NCBI GenBank assembly: GCA_946536225.1
Contig: CAMNEE010000002.1
Coordinates: 239,523 to 303,522, forward strand
Origin: an uncultured Bacillales bacterium
Lineage (GTDB): Bacteria; Bacillota_I; Bacilli_A; RF39; UBA660
Length of the DNA stretch: 64,000 nucleotides
Direction of reading: 5' to 3'
Positions 37,536 to 46,704 of this stretch are shown piece by piece; the first letter of the stretch is position 1, and each line of letters starts with the position of its first letter. The translations under genes were made by a program, and so were the position numbers. The notes under the pieces are model-generated. The model was given only the letters and a program-made list of their open reading frames with translations. It was not told the origin of the DNA and did no database searches.

Positions 37536-40145
37536 ATGTATACTAAGAAAGTTGATGAAGTACTTAGATATGTAAAAACAACTAAAGAAGGACTAACTTC
37601 TAAGGAAGTAAATGATCGTTTACAAAGAGACGGAAAAAATATATTAACTTTAAAAAAGAATAAAAGTGTTATTCAAATGTTTTTTGAAGAGTTTGAGTCT
37701 CCACTTACAATTATTCTTTTATTAACTGCAGTTTTTTCATTTGCAATTGGAGAAAAACTAGATGCTATAGTTATTTTTTTAATTGTACTTGTTGATGTAA
37801 TAATAGGTACAGTTGAAGAACATAGAGCTCTAAAATCAGCTGAGGCATTATCTAAAATGTTAATTACTAAAGTAGTAGTTTTAAGAGATGGAGAGAAAAA
37901 AGAAGTACCTGCTGAAGAATTAGTAAGAGGAGATATAATATTCCTTGAAAGTGGAGTAAGAGTATCTGCTGATGCAAGAATTATTGATACTAATAATTTA
38001 CTTGTCGATGAGTCTTCTTTAACTGGGGAATCTCTTCCTGTTAATAAGTCCTCAGACGTAATAACTAAAGAAGTTGCCCTAGGAGATAGAACAAACATGG
38101 TATACGCAGGAACTAATGTTATGTCAGGACGAGGAATGGCGGTAGTTGTTGCAACAGGTTTTTATACTGAACTTGGTTCTATTGCCAAAACAGTAACAGA
38201 AACAAAAGAAGAGAAGAGTCCTCTTACAATTCGTATGGAACGTTTCTCGAAACAAATAAGTATAATGATTTTACTAATATCTGTAATATCTGCAACTATA
38301 CTTTATGTTCATGATTATGACTTACCAGATATTATTTTGTCTGTTATAGCACTTGCTGTATCAGCTATGCCTGAAGGATTATCGCTTGCAAATACCATGG
38401 CTTTAACAGTAGCTTCAAAAAGGATGGCAAAAGAAAACGTTATTGTTAAAAAATTAAATGCTGTTGAATCTCTTGGTAGTTGTACAGTTATAGCAAGTGA
38501 TAAAACAGGAACATTAACTGTTAATGAACAAACTGCTAAGAAAATAGTACTTGCAAATGGTAGTTCATTTGAAGTAACTGGAACAGGTTATAATGTCGAT
38601 GGAGAACTTATATATGATACTGAAAATAAAGATGTAGAACATGCTAAAAAAATTGCTTCTTTATGTGCACTTAATAATGAAGCAACATTTAAAGACAATG
38701 TTTCATTCTCAGGAGATTCAATTGATATAGCATTCCTTGTATTAAAAGAAAAAATAGGTATTAACGATGAATATGAAGTAGTAAAAACAATATCATATGA
38801 GTCTGAAAATCAATATTCAGCTGTATATTATAAAGAAAAAGGAAAACTTAGATGTACAGTAAAAGGTTCACTAGAAAAAGTAATGTCTTTTTCTAAAGAA
38901 TCAAAGAAGTTTATAGAACTTAATGATAATTTAACTAAAGATGGTTATCGTGTTATTGCAGTAGCTGATGGTGAGGTAAAAGATAAGAATACCATCTCAG
39001 GACTTGAATTCTTAGGAATGGTCGCATTTATTGATCCAGTTAGAGAAGAAGCTAGATATTCAGTAAAAGAGTGTCTAAAAGCGGGAATAAAGGTTTTAAT
39101 GGTAACAGGAGATCATCCTAATACAAGTCTTGCTATTGCTAAGAAACTTGATATAGCAACAAGCATGAATCAAGTAGTAACAGGTCTAGAACTTGAAGAA
39201 GCTTATAAATTTGGTCCAGCATACTTTGATGATTTAGTTAAAACTAAAAGAGTATTCTCACGTGTTACTCCTACAGATAAATTACATGTAGTTGAGTCTT
39301 TAAAAAGACAAGGTGAATTTGTTGCAGTAACAGGAGATGGAGTAAATGATGCTCCAGCCATTAAAGCTGCTAACATAGGTATTTCTATGGGATCTGGAAC
39401 AGATGTTGCTAAAGATACTGCATCAATGATTATTTCAGATGATAACTTTACTTCTATAGTAAATGGAGTTAAAGAAGGAAGAGTAGCATACGCTAATATA
39501 AGAAAAATTACTTTATTCTTACTTTCTTGTGGTTTTGCAGAAGTAGCATTCTTTGTATTATCCGTAATATTTGGAATGGAGCTTCCTCTTCTTGCTATCC
39601 AACTTCTATGGCTTAATGTTGTTACTGATGGTCTTCAAGATATTGCTCTTTCATTTGAAAGAAGTACTAAGAATATCATGGATAGTCCTCCAAGAAGTAC
39701 TAAAGAGTCCCTTTTCAGCGGTGACTTAGCTCTTGAAGTATTAATATTTGGCATTACTATTACAGCTTTAGTATTTGGTTCATGGATATCTTTAAATAAA
39801 ATGGGAGTACCTATTAATGAAGCAAGAAGCATGATAGTTATGTTAATGGTATTTATTCAAAACATGCATGTACTTAATTGTAGAAGTGAAAAACAATCTA
39901 TATTTGCAACAAGTTTATTTGATAATCCACTTGTAATAGGAACTATAATAGGTTCAATTGCTTTAGAAATTCTAGTATCAAGTATACCAGTACTAGGTAA
40001 TTTGCTTAAAGTAACACCAATACGTGCTAAAAATACTATAAGAGTATTTGCATATTCACTTATAATTCTAGTAGTATCTGAAATATATAAAATCATATAT
40101 CGAGCTATATCTAGAAGAAAAGAAAACAAGTTACTTGAAGAATAA
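37536..40145 (+). CDS. Cation-transporting P-type ATPase (P2/P3-type, Ca2+/Mg2+-like)
   Basis: DKTGTLT phosphorylation motif, TGES, TGDGVNDAPA and 10 TM helices. Confidence 0.9.
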   Translation: MYTKKVDEVLRYVKTTKEGLTSKEVNDRLQRDGKNILTLKKNKSVIQMFFEEFESPLTIILLLTAVFSFAIGEKLDAIVIFLIVLVDVIIGTVEEHRALKSAEALSKMLITKVVVLRDGEKKEVPAEELVRGDIIFLESGVRVSADARIIDTNNLLVDESSLTGESLPVNKSSDVITKEVALGDRTNMVYAGTNVMSGRGMAVVVATGFYTELGSIAKTVTETKEEKSPLTIRMERFSKQISIMILLISVISATILYVHDYDLPDIILSVIALAVSAMPEGLSLANTMALTVASKRMAKENVIVKKLNAVESLGSCTVIASDKTGTLTVNEQTAKKIVLANGSSFEVTGTGYNVDGELIYDTENKDVEHAKKIASLCALNNEATFKDNVSFSGDSIDIAFLVLKEKIGINDEYEVVKTISYESENQYSAVYYKEKGKLRCTVKGSLEKVMSFSKESKKFIELNDNLTKDGYRVIAVADGEVKDKNTISGLEFLGMVAFIDPVREEARYSVKECLKAGIKVLMVTGDHPNTSLAIAKKLDIATSMNQVVTGLELEEAYKFGPAYFDDLVKTKRVFSRVTPTDKLHVVESLKRQGEFVAVTGDGVNDAPAIKAANIGISMGSGTDVAKDTASMIISDDNFTSIVNGVKEGRVAYANIRKITLFLLSCGFAEVAFFVLSVIFGMELPLLAIQLLWLNVVTDGLQDIALSFERSTKNIMDSPPRSTKESLFSGDLALEVLIFGITITALVFGSWISLNKMGVPINEARSMIVMLMVFIQNMHVLNCRSEKQSIFATSLFDNPLVIGTIIGSIALEILVSSIPVLGNLLKVTPIRAKNTIRVFAYSLIILVVSEIYKIIYRAISRRKENKLLEE

Positions 40146-40162
40146 ATGTAAAATGAAAGTTA

Positions 40163-40192
40163 AAAAAGGGATTAAATCCCTTTTTCTTTTTT
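40163..40192 (+). terminator. Rho-independent terminator
   Basis: aaaagggatt/aatccctttt followed by a T-run. Confidence 0.7.
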
Positions 40193-40228
40193 AAATATGT
40201 TATTATAAAAACGCCGAGGTGAAAACTC

Positions 40229-41779
40229 ATGATGGAAAAAAGAGAACTTGTTGAAGAAAAATCAAACAAGAAGAAAAAGAAAAAAAAGAAGAAAAAGATT
40301 AATCCAATTGTTTTTAAAATAATTGCCTTTTTACTTATAATTATTAGTTTAGTAACCGTAGTTTATACAGTTATAGAAGAAATAATAGATCTATATACAC
40401 TTATACCTTATATTCTTATAGGTTTTGCTTTAGTAACAGCAATTACGTTATTATTATCTAGTAGGCTACGTGACTGGATAAAAGTAGTTTTTTCTATTAT
40501 TACATTTTTTATAATAATAGTTGAAATACTTTATATGATATACGGAGTAAGTACTTTTAAATTCTTAAATCAAATAACTGATACAGGTCTAAGAGTAGAA
40601 ACATATGGAATATATGTTAAAAATAATTCTCCATTTAATAGTATAAAAGAGTTAGATAATAGAAAAGTTTCGTATTTATATATACCTAATGATGTAGAAA
40701 CTAAAGATGCAATCGATAAAGCAATTGATGATAATAATGTTAATTTAAAACTAGAATCTAAAGATACTTTAGAAGACCTACTTGCAAGTGTTAATGAGGG
40801 AGATACTAATGCTATATTTATGAATACTTCTTATGAATCAGTTGCAGAAGAAGAATATACTGATGCTATTCATAATTTAAAATGTATTTATAAAATTGAT
40901 ATGGTTAATTATGTTAAGACAACAAAGAGTAATAAAAAGATTACTAAAGACACATATGCAATCTATATAAGTGGTATAGATACATCTGGAAAAGTCGCAT
41001 CTAAAGCTAGAAGTGATGTTAATATAGTAATGATTGTTAATCCAAGAACTAATCAAGTTTTACTTGTTAATACTCCAAGAGACTATTATGTAAATCTAGC
41101 ATCAAATAATAAAAAAGATAAGCTAACTCATGCAGGTTTATCTGGAATAGAAGAGTCATCTAATACTCTTGCTAAGTTATATGATATTGATATAGATTAT
41201 TACTTAAGAATTAACTTTACTTCATTTGTTAAGATAATAAACTCTTTAGGTGGAATAAACGTTAATGTTTCTAAGGCTTTCTGTGAACAAGATTCAAAAC
41301 GTAATTTTGATAATCAAATATGTTTAAGAAAAGGAATGCAAAATTTAAATGGTGAACAAGCTCTTGCTTATGCAAGACATCGTCATACACTTCCTCAAGG
41401 AGATATTTCTCGTGGAGAAAACCAAATGGAAATAATTAAAGCAATAGTTAATAAAGCAGCATCTCCTGCAATAATAAAGAACTATACTTCTTTAATTGCA
41501 GCCTTATCAGGTAATATTGTTACTAATATGGAAACTGATGAAATGTATGAAGTTGCTAAAATGCAAGTTTCAAAAAATCCTACTTGGAATTTTTCAAGTA
41601 TTACAGCAACGGGTAAAGTTTCTACTAAACCTTGTTTTGCACTAGGTAATGCTAATGCTTCAGTAGTTATTCCAGATGAAGTAAGTATACTTGGAATTAA
41701 GAATGCAATTAAAAATATTTATACTGATAAAACAGAAATAATAGTAGAACCTGAAACTACTACTAAAGCAAATAATTAA
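40229..41779 (+). CDS. LytR-CpsA-Psr (LCP) family cell-wall polymer transferase
   Basis: LCP domain NVNIVMIVNPRT...HAGLSGIEES...ALAYARHRH. N-terminal poly-Lys tract followed by a TM helix. Confidence 0.85.
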   Translation: MMEKRELVEEKSNKKKKKKKKKKINPIVFKIIAFLLIIISLVTVVYTVIEEIIDLYTLIPYILIGFALVTAITLLLSSRLRDWIKVVFSIITFFIIIVEILYMIYGVSTFKFLNQITDTGLRVETYGIYVKNNSPFNSIKELDNRKVSYLYIPNDVETKDAIDKAIDDNNVNLKLESKDTLEDLLASVNEGDTNAIFMNTSYESVAEEEYTDAIHNLKCIYKIDMVNYVKTTKSNKKITKDTYAIYISGIDTSGKVASKARSDVNIVMIVNPRTNQVLLVNTPRDYYVNLASNNKKDKLTHAGLSGIEESSNTLAKLYDIDIDYYLRINFTSFVKIINSLGGINVNVSKAFCEQDSKRNFDNQICLRKGMQNLNGEQALAYARHRHTLPQGDISRGENQMEIIKAIVNKAASPAIIKNYTSLIAALSGNIVTNMETDEMYEVAKMQVSKNPTWNFSSITATGKVSTKPCFALGNANASVVIPDEVSILGIKNAIKNIYTDKTEIIVEPETTTKANN

Positions 41780-41780
41780 G

Positions 41781-41810
41781 GTCAACCAAAAAAGGTTGAC
41801 TTTATTTTTT
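41781..41810 (+). terminator. Rho-independent terminator
   Basis: gtcaacc-aaaaaa-ggttgac followed by a T-run. Confidence 0.75.
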
Positions 41811-41850
41811 ATAAGTGTTATTATTAGTAGCAAGAAGAGGAGGCAAAGAC

Positions 41851-42126
41851 ATGGCTGTTAAATTAAGATTAAAAAGAATGGGTTCTAAACAAAAACCTTT
41901 CTACAGAATTATTGTTGCTGATTCAAGATCTCCAAGAGATGGAAGATTCATCGCTACTGTAGGAACATACAATCCTTTACTTGCTGAAAACAAATATACA
42001 GTAAAAGAAGAAGAAATTATTTCTTGGTTAAACAATGGAGCTCAACCAACTGATACTGTTAAAAGTATCTTAGTACAAACTGGAGTTTGGGCTAACTATA
42101 AAAATACAAAGAAATCATCTAAGTAA
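41851..42126 (+). CDS. rpsP: 30S ribosomal protein S16
   Basis: [42 protein letters not shown]. An RBS gaggagg precedes the ATG at 41851. Confidence 0.95.
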   Translation: MAVKLRLKRMGSKQKPFYRIIVADSRSPRDGRFIATVGTYNPLLAENKYTVKEEEIISWLNNGAQPTDTVKSILVQTGVWANYKNTKKSSK

Positions 42127-42140
42127 TTAAGAGGTTTAAT

Positions 42141-42392
42141 ATGCACGATCAATTAATTAAATTTGCTGAAAATATTGTAGGTTCTTTAGTAAGTGACCCA
42201 GAATTAGTTAAAGTACAAGAATTTCTAGGAGATGAAGGTATTGTTCAATTAGAAATCATGGTACCTGAAGATGAAATGGGTTCAGTAATTGGTAAAGGTG
42301 GCAAAATGGCTAAAGCTCTTAGAGTTTTAATTCAAGCTGCTGCTTACAATATGAATATTAAAAGAGTTTCAATTAATATTGATTCTTTCTAA
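42141..42392 (+). CDS. khpA: KH-domain RNA-binding protein (YlqC/KhpA family)
   Basis: GSVIGKGGKMAKALR KH motif. Sits immediately after rpsP, as in many Firmicutes. Confidence 0.8.
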   Translation: MHDQLIKFAENIVGSLVSDPELVKVQEFLGDEGIVQLEIMVPEDEMGSVIGKGGKMAKALRVLIQAAAYNMNIKRVSINIDSF

Positions 42393-42402
42393 AAGATTAA
42401 GG

Positions 42403-42432
42403 TTACTTAATCTTTTTTATTTTTATATTTAA
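42403..42432 (+). terminator. Rho-independent terminator
   Basis: agattaag-gttac-ttaatct followed by a T-run. Confidence 0.65.
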
Positions 42433-42469
42433 AACTATATGCTATAATTATCCAGGTTGAGGTTTTATT

Positions 42470-42973
42470 ATGAAACAAAAATTTATTGAAAACACTTATT
42501 TAAAGCATGTTTTATCATCTGATACTAAATTAGCAGTTGATAATGATGAGATGTTTGCTGTTGTTAAACATATAAAGAAAGTTGAGAAGAAATTCATGGC
42601 TTCTTCGTCTTTATGTTTAATAGATGATGGATACTTCATGTTAGAAGTTATTCCTAAGAAAAAAAATTATTTAATAAGAGCTTTCTTTAATGATAAAAAA
42701 GAACTTCTAGAATATTACATAGATATTATTAAATCATCAGGAATAGATGAAAAAACAAAGTTACCATATTACATGGATTTATTCCTTGATTTAGTAGTAA
42801 CAGGTGATAATATTGAAGTTTGGGATGAAGATGAACTGGATGAAGCTTATAATACTTCACTTATTACAAAAGAAGATTATGAACTTGCAAAATCTACAAC
42901 AAAGAGTCTTATAAAAGAAATTAAACAAAAAAATAATAAATATATGAATATGAATTTAAGTGAGTTATTATAA
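42470..42973 (+). CDS. Hypothetical protein (167 aa)
   Basis: Clean ORF followed by a terminator. No confident family assignment. Confidence 0.45.
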   Translation: MKQKFIENTYLKHVLSSDTKLAVDNDEMFAVVKHIKKVEKKFMASSSLCLIDDGYFMLEVIPKKKNYLIRAFFNDKKELLEYYIDIIKSSGIDEKTKLPYYMDLFLDLVVTGDNIEVWDEDELDEAYNTSLITKEDYELAKSTTKSLIKEIKQKNNKYMNMNLSELL

Positions 42974-43127
42974 AAAGTCATCAATGACTTTTTTTATTTT
43001 GCTTAAGTTATAGCAAAAGACCAAAAAGTTTTATAAAATAGTAATAGGTACTAATTTATACATAAAAATGTTGAAAAAATGACGTTTTTATAGTACATTA
43101 TTCAAGAAAAAGAAAAGAGGAACACAT

Positions 43128-44618
43128 ATGGAAAGAAAGTTTACTGACCAAGAATTAGCTAGAAGAGAAAAATTAGCCAAACTTAAAGACTTAGGTTTAG
43201 ATCCATTTGGTCAAAGATTTGATAGAGATTCCTTTGCTGCCGATATTAAAGATAAATTTAAAGATGTAGAACATGATGAATTTGAAAATAGAAATGATAT
43301 TGTTACAGTAGCAGGTAGAATTATGTTTATTAGAAAAATGGGTAAAGCATCATTTTTCTCAATTCAAGATAAAACTGGAAAGATTCAAGTCTATATTTCT
43401 ATTAATGACGTAGGAGAAGAAACTTATACATTATTTAAGTCTGCTGACTTAGGAGACATTGTTGGTGTTAAAGGTAAAGTAATGAAAACTCAAACAGGAG
43501 AAATTACTATTAAATGTTTAGAATATACTCATTTAGTAAAATCTTTAAGACCACTACCAGAAAAATTCCATGGACTTACTGATGTAGAAGAAAGATATAG
43601 AAGAAGATACCTAGATTTAATTACTAACGAAGATTCAAAACGTATTGCATTTGAAAGACCTAAAATCTTAAAATGTATTAGAAACTTCATGGATAGTAAA
43701 GATTATACTGAAGTAGAAACTCCAGTATTAACAACTCTATTAACAGGAGCATCTGCACGTCCATTTGTTACACATCATAATACTCAAGATTTAGATATGT
43801 ATTTACGTATTGCTCTTGAACTTCCACTAAAGAGACTTTTAGTAGGAGGAATGGAATCTGTTTATGAAATAGGTAGAGTATTTAGAAATGAAGGAATGGA
43901 TCCAAAACATAATCCAGAATTTACACTAATGGAAGCTTACAAAGCTTATGCTAACCTAGAAGTAATGATGGATCAAACTGAAGATATGTTCAAAGCTATT
44001 GCTGATGAAGTATATGGAAAACGTGTATTTAATTGGTGTGGTGATGAAATTAATCTTGATGGTAAATGGAAGAGAATTTCAATGACTGATGCTATTAAAG
44101 AAAAAACTGGAATTGATTTTAAAACAGTTGAACTTGATGAAGCACTTAATCTAGCAAAAGAACATGGTATTGAAGTTGCTGAACATGAACATACAGTTGG
44201 ACATATTATTAATTTATTCTTCGAAAAATATGTAGAAGAAACATTAATCCAACCAACTTTCCTTTATGGACATCCAGTTGAAATATCTCCACTAACTAAG
44301 AAGAATCCAGAAGATCCAAGATTTGTTGATAGATTTGAATTATTCATAGGTGGAAAAGAATTTGCTAATGCTTATACAGAACTTAATGATCCAATTGATC
44401 AATTAGAAAGATTCGAAGAACAACTTAAGGAACGTGACCTTGGTAACGATGAAGCTAATGACATTGATATGGACTTCGTAGAAGCACTAGAATATGGTAT
44501 GCCACCAGCTGGAGGAATTGGATACGGAATTGATAGACTATGTATGTTATTTACTGAATCTGAAACAATTCGTGATGTAATTCTATTCCCAACAATGAAA
44601 GAAAGAAATAATAAATAG
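43128..44618 (+). CDS. lysS: Lysyl-tRNA synthetase (class II)
   Basis: OB-fold N-terminus, motif 2 region FRNEG and motif 3 GGIGYGIDRLCMLF. Confidence 0.95.
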   Translation: MERKFTDQELARREKLAKLKDLGLDPFGQRFDRDSFAADIKDKFKDVEHDEFENRNDIVTVAGRIMFIRKMGKASFFSIQDKTGKIQVYISINDVGEETYTLFKSADLGDIVGVKGKVMKTQTGEITIKCLEYTHLVKSLRPLPEKFHGLTDVEERYRRRYLDLITNEDSKRIAFERPKILKCIRNFMDSKDYTEVETPVLTTLLTGASARPFVTHHNTQDLDMYLRIALELPLKRLLVGGMESVYEIGRVFRNEGMDPKHNPEFTLMEAYKAYANLEVMMDQTEDMFKAIADEVYGKRVFNWCGDEINLDGKWKRISMTDAIKEKTGIDFKTVELDEALNLAKEHGIEVAEHEHTVGHIINLFFEKYVEETLIQPTFLYGHPVEISPLTKKNPEDPRFVDRFELFIGGKEFANAYTELNDPIDQLERFEEQLKERDLGNDEANDIDMDFVEALEYGMPPAGGIGYGIDRLCMLFTESETIRDVILFPTMKERNNK

Positions 44619-44650
44619 AAGACTTACTTGTCTTCTATTTTTTTTATTTT
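44616..44650 (+). terminator. Rho-independent terminator after lysS
   Basis: tagaagac-ttactt-gtcttcta followed by a T-run. Confidence 0.75.
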
Positions 44651-44667
44651 TATCTCTTATTTATAAT

Positions 44668-44696
44668 TTGCAAAAATTGCAAAAAAGTGCTATTAT
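44668..44696 (+). promoter_or_regulatory. Sigma-A-type promoter
   Basis: TTGCAA, 17-nt spacer, TATTAT. This places the transcription start inside the ORF-track call, so the ATG at 44725 is the first usable start. Confidence 0.45.
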
Positions 44697-44724
44697 ATAC
44701 AGCAATTTAGGGGATGGGATAGCA

Positions 44725-45360
44725 ATGGCGACAAAGAAAAAGAGTAAAACACAAAGAATAAAAAGAAAATTAAGAAAAAAGAATAAAAAGCTAATATGCC
44801 CTAAAGTAAATCCATTGTTATTAGTTGAAAAAGGGGGAATTGTGATGTTTCAAAGTTTAGAAAAGAAAGTAAAAAATTATTTTTATCATCATTACAATAA
44901 ATATGCTGTAGAATATGTAATTGAAGGAGATAAAATTAAAGTAATCTCTAATATTGGTTTATATAGATATGTAGCCAATACTAAATCTAATATTAAAAAA
45001 TTAGATGAAGCAATTAAGAAGAATAAAATTACAATTGAAGAAAAAATTGATGAATATGAACAAACTAATCATGTAAGAGGATATGTATTATTATTCAATA
45101 TTTTAATGATTGCTATGTCAGCAGGTTCAATTGTATTATCATTCTTTGCTGGTAGTTATTTATTATTCCTAGTTTCTGTTATAGCATTCTCAGTATGTGT
45201 ATTTGCATCAACTACAACTGGTCTTACATATTTAATACTAGTTCAAGAAATAAGAAACTTAAAAAGAGCAACTGGTTATAAGAGAGACTTAGAAATAGAC
45301 TTACCAAAGATTAATACTGAAAAGATTAAAAATAAATTTAAATTAATAAGAGGTCAATAA
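44725..45360 (+). CDS. Membrane protein with a strongly basic N-terminus (MATKKKSKTQRIKRKLRKKNKK) and two C-terminal TM helices
   Basis: RBS ggggatggg. Hydrophobic hairpin ILMIAMSAGSIVLSFFAGSYLLFLVSVIAFSV. Confidence 0.5.
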   Translation: MATKKKSKTQRIKRKLRKKNKKLICPKVNPLLLVEKGGIVMFQSLEKKVKNYFYHHYNKYAVEYVIEGDKIKVISNIGLYRYVANTKSNIKKLDEAIKKNKITIEEKIDEYEQTNHVRGYVLLFNILMIAMSAGSIVLSFFAGSYLLFLVSVIAFSVCVFASTTTGLTYLILVQEIRNLKRATGYKRDLEIDLPKINTEKIKNKFKLIRGQ

Positions 45361-45380
45361 TAGACCTCTTTATTTTTTTT
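45349..45380 (+). terminator. Rho-independent terminator
   Basis: agaggtc-aataata-gacctct followed by a T-run. Confidence 0.7.
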
Positions 45381-45414
45381 ATATGATATAATGATTTAAA
45401 GAAGGTGATAAGTA

Positions 45415-46098
45415 ATGAATCAAGAAAAAATAGGTTCTATTATTAAATCTATTAGAGTTAATAATAAATTAACTCAAAAAGAATTTGCTGATACTCTTGG
45501 TGTTACTTATCAAGCTGTATCTAAATGGGAAAATGGTAAGAATTTACCTGATATTGCTATATTAAAAGAGATAAGTGAAAAGTTTAATATTGATATAAAT
45601 GAATTATTAGATACTAAAGTAGAAAATAAGAGTAATAAAAAAATATTTATTATTGCTGGTATTATAACTGTAGTTATAATTGCTGTTATTTTAAGTGTAA
45701 TATTTATATTTAATAGAAATGACTTTGATTTTAAAACTCTAGATACAACATGTTCTGAGTTTTCTATATCAGGAAGTGTTGCTTATAATAAATCTAAAGC
45801 TTATATTTATATATCTAATATAGATTACTGTGGTGAAGAAAAGAATATTAAATATAAAAAAATAGTATCTCAGTTATATTTATCAACTGAGAAAAGTGAT
45901 GAAAAAATATATTCAGATACTAAAGAGGATATAACATTAAAAGACTATTTAAACAATTTTTCTATGTCTGTTAATTCCAACATATGTCTTAACTTCAAAG
46001 GAGACCTTATATTATCTATAAGTGCATATGATGAGAAAGATAATAAGACAGTATATGATGTACCTTTAAAACTATCAGACACTTGTACTTTAAATTAG
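45415..46098 (+). CDS. XRE-family HTH transcriptional regulator with a TM helix and an extracytoplasmic domain
   Basis: HTH LTQKEFADTLGVTYQAVSKWENG. TM helix IFIIAGIITVVIIAVILSVIFIF. Confidence 0.75.
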   Translation: MNQEKIGSIIKSIRVNNKLTQKEFADTLGVTYQAVSKWENGKNLPDIAILKEISEKFNIDINELLDTKVENKSNKKIFIIAGIITVVIIAVILSVIFIFNRNDFDFKTLDTTCSEFSISGSVAYNKSKAYIYISNIDYCGEEKNIKYKKIVSQLYLSTEKSDEKIYSDTKEDITLKDYLNNFSMSVNSNICLNFKGDLILSISAYDEKDNKTVYDVPLKLSDTCTLN

Positions 46099-46127
46099 AA
46101 TTATAATATAATTACACTAGAGGAAAT

Positions 46128-46703
46128 ATGAAAAAGAAATCAACATTGTATAAAATATTAAGACCTTTAATTGTATTCTTTACTAAGGTTTTTTTACATC
46201 CAAAATTTGTTGGATTAGAAAATATTCCTTCATCTGGAAGAGTTATTCTTGCAGGTACTCATAAGAGTATATTTGATCCATTTGTTTTAGTTACATCAAC
46301 TAAAAGGCAAATACATTTTCTTTCTAAAAAAGAATTATTTGATGGACCATTTGGATTTATCTTTAAAAACTTAGGATTAATTAAAGTAGATAGAAAACAT
46401 CATAAAGTAGATGCCATAACACCATCTATTGATTACTTAAATAATGAAGAAGTAATAGGAATATTCCCTGAAGGGACATTCCCTAAACATAATGAATTAC
46501 TTCTACCTTTTAAAAATGGAGTATCCAAGATGGCATATGTTGGTAAGTCTATAATTGTTCCATTTGTTATAAAAGGTAAATATGGTTTTAGAAGAAAAGG
46601 TTTACAAATAAAGTTCTTAAAACCAATTAGTATTAAAACAGATAATTATGAATTAGAAACAGATAAATTAAGAAATTTAATTTTAACTGAAATGGAGAAG
46701 TAA
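46128..46703 (+). CDS. plsC: 1-acyl-sn-glycerol-3-phosphate acyltransferase
   Basis: HKSIFD (HX4D) motif and FPEGT motif. Confidence 0.8.
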   Translation: MKKKSTLYKILRPLIVFFTKVFLHPKFVGLENIPSSGRVILAGTHKSIFDPFVLVTSTKRQIHFLSKKELFDGPFGFIFKNLGLIKVDRKHHKVDAITPSIDYLNNEEVIGIFPEGTFPKHNELLLPFKNGVSKMAYVGKSIIVPFVIKGKYGFRRKGLQIKFLKPISIKTDNYELETDKLRNLILTEMEK

Positions 46704-46704
46704 T

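Noticed and set aside
42470-42973. Assigning the 167-aa protein after khpA as RimM or YlqD
   Set aside because: It lacks the RimM PRC-barrel motifs and is larger than YlqD, so it is left as hypothetical.
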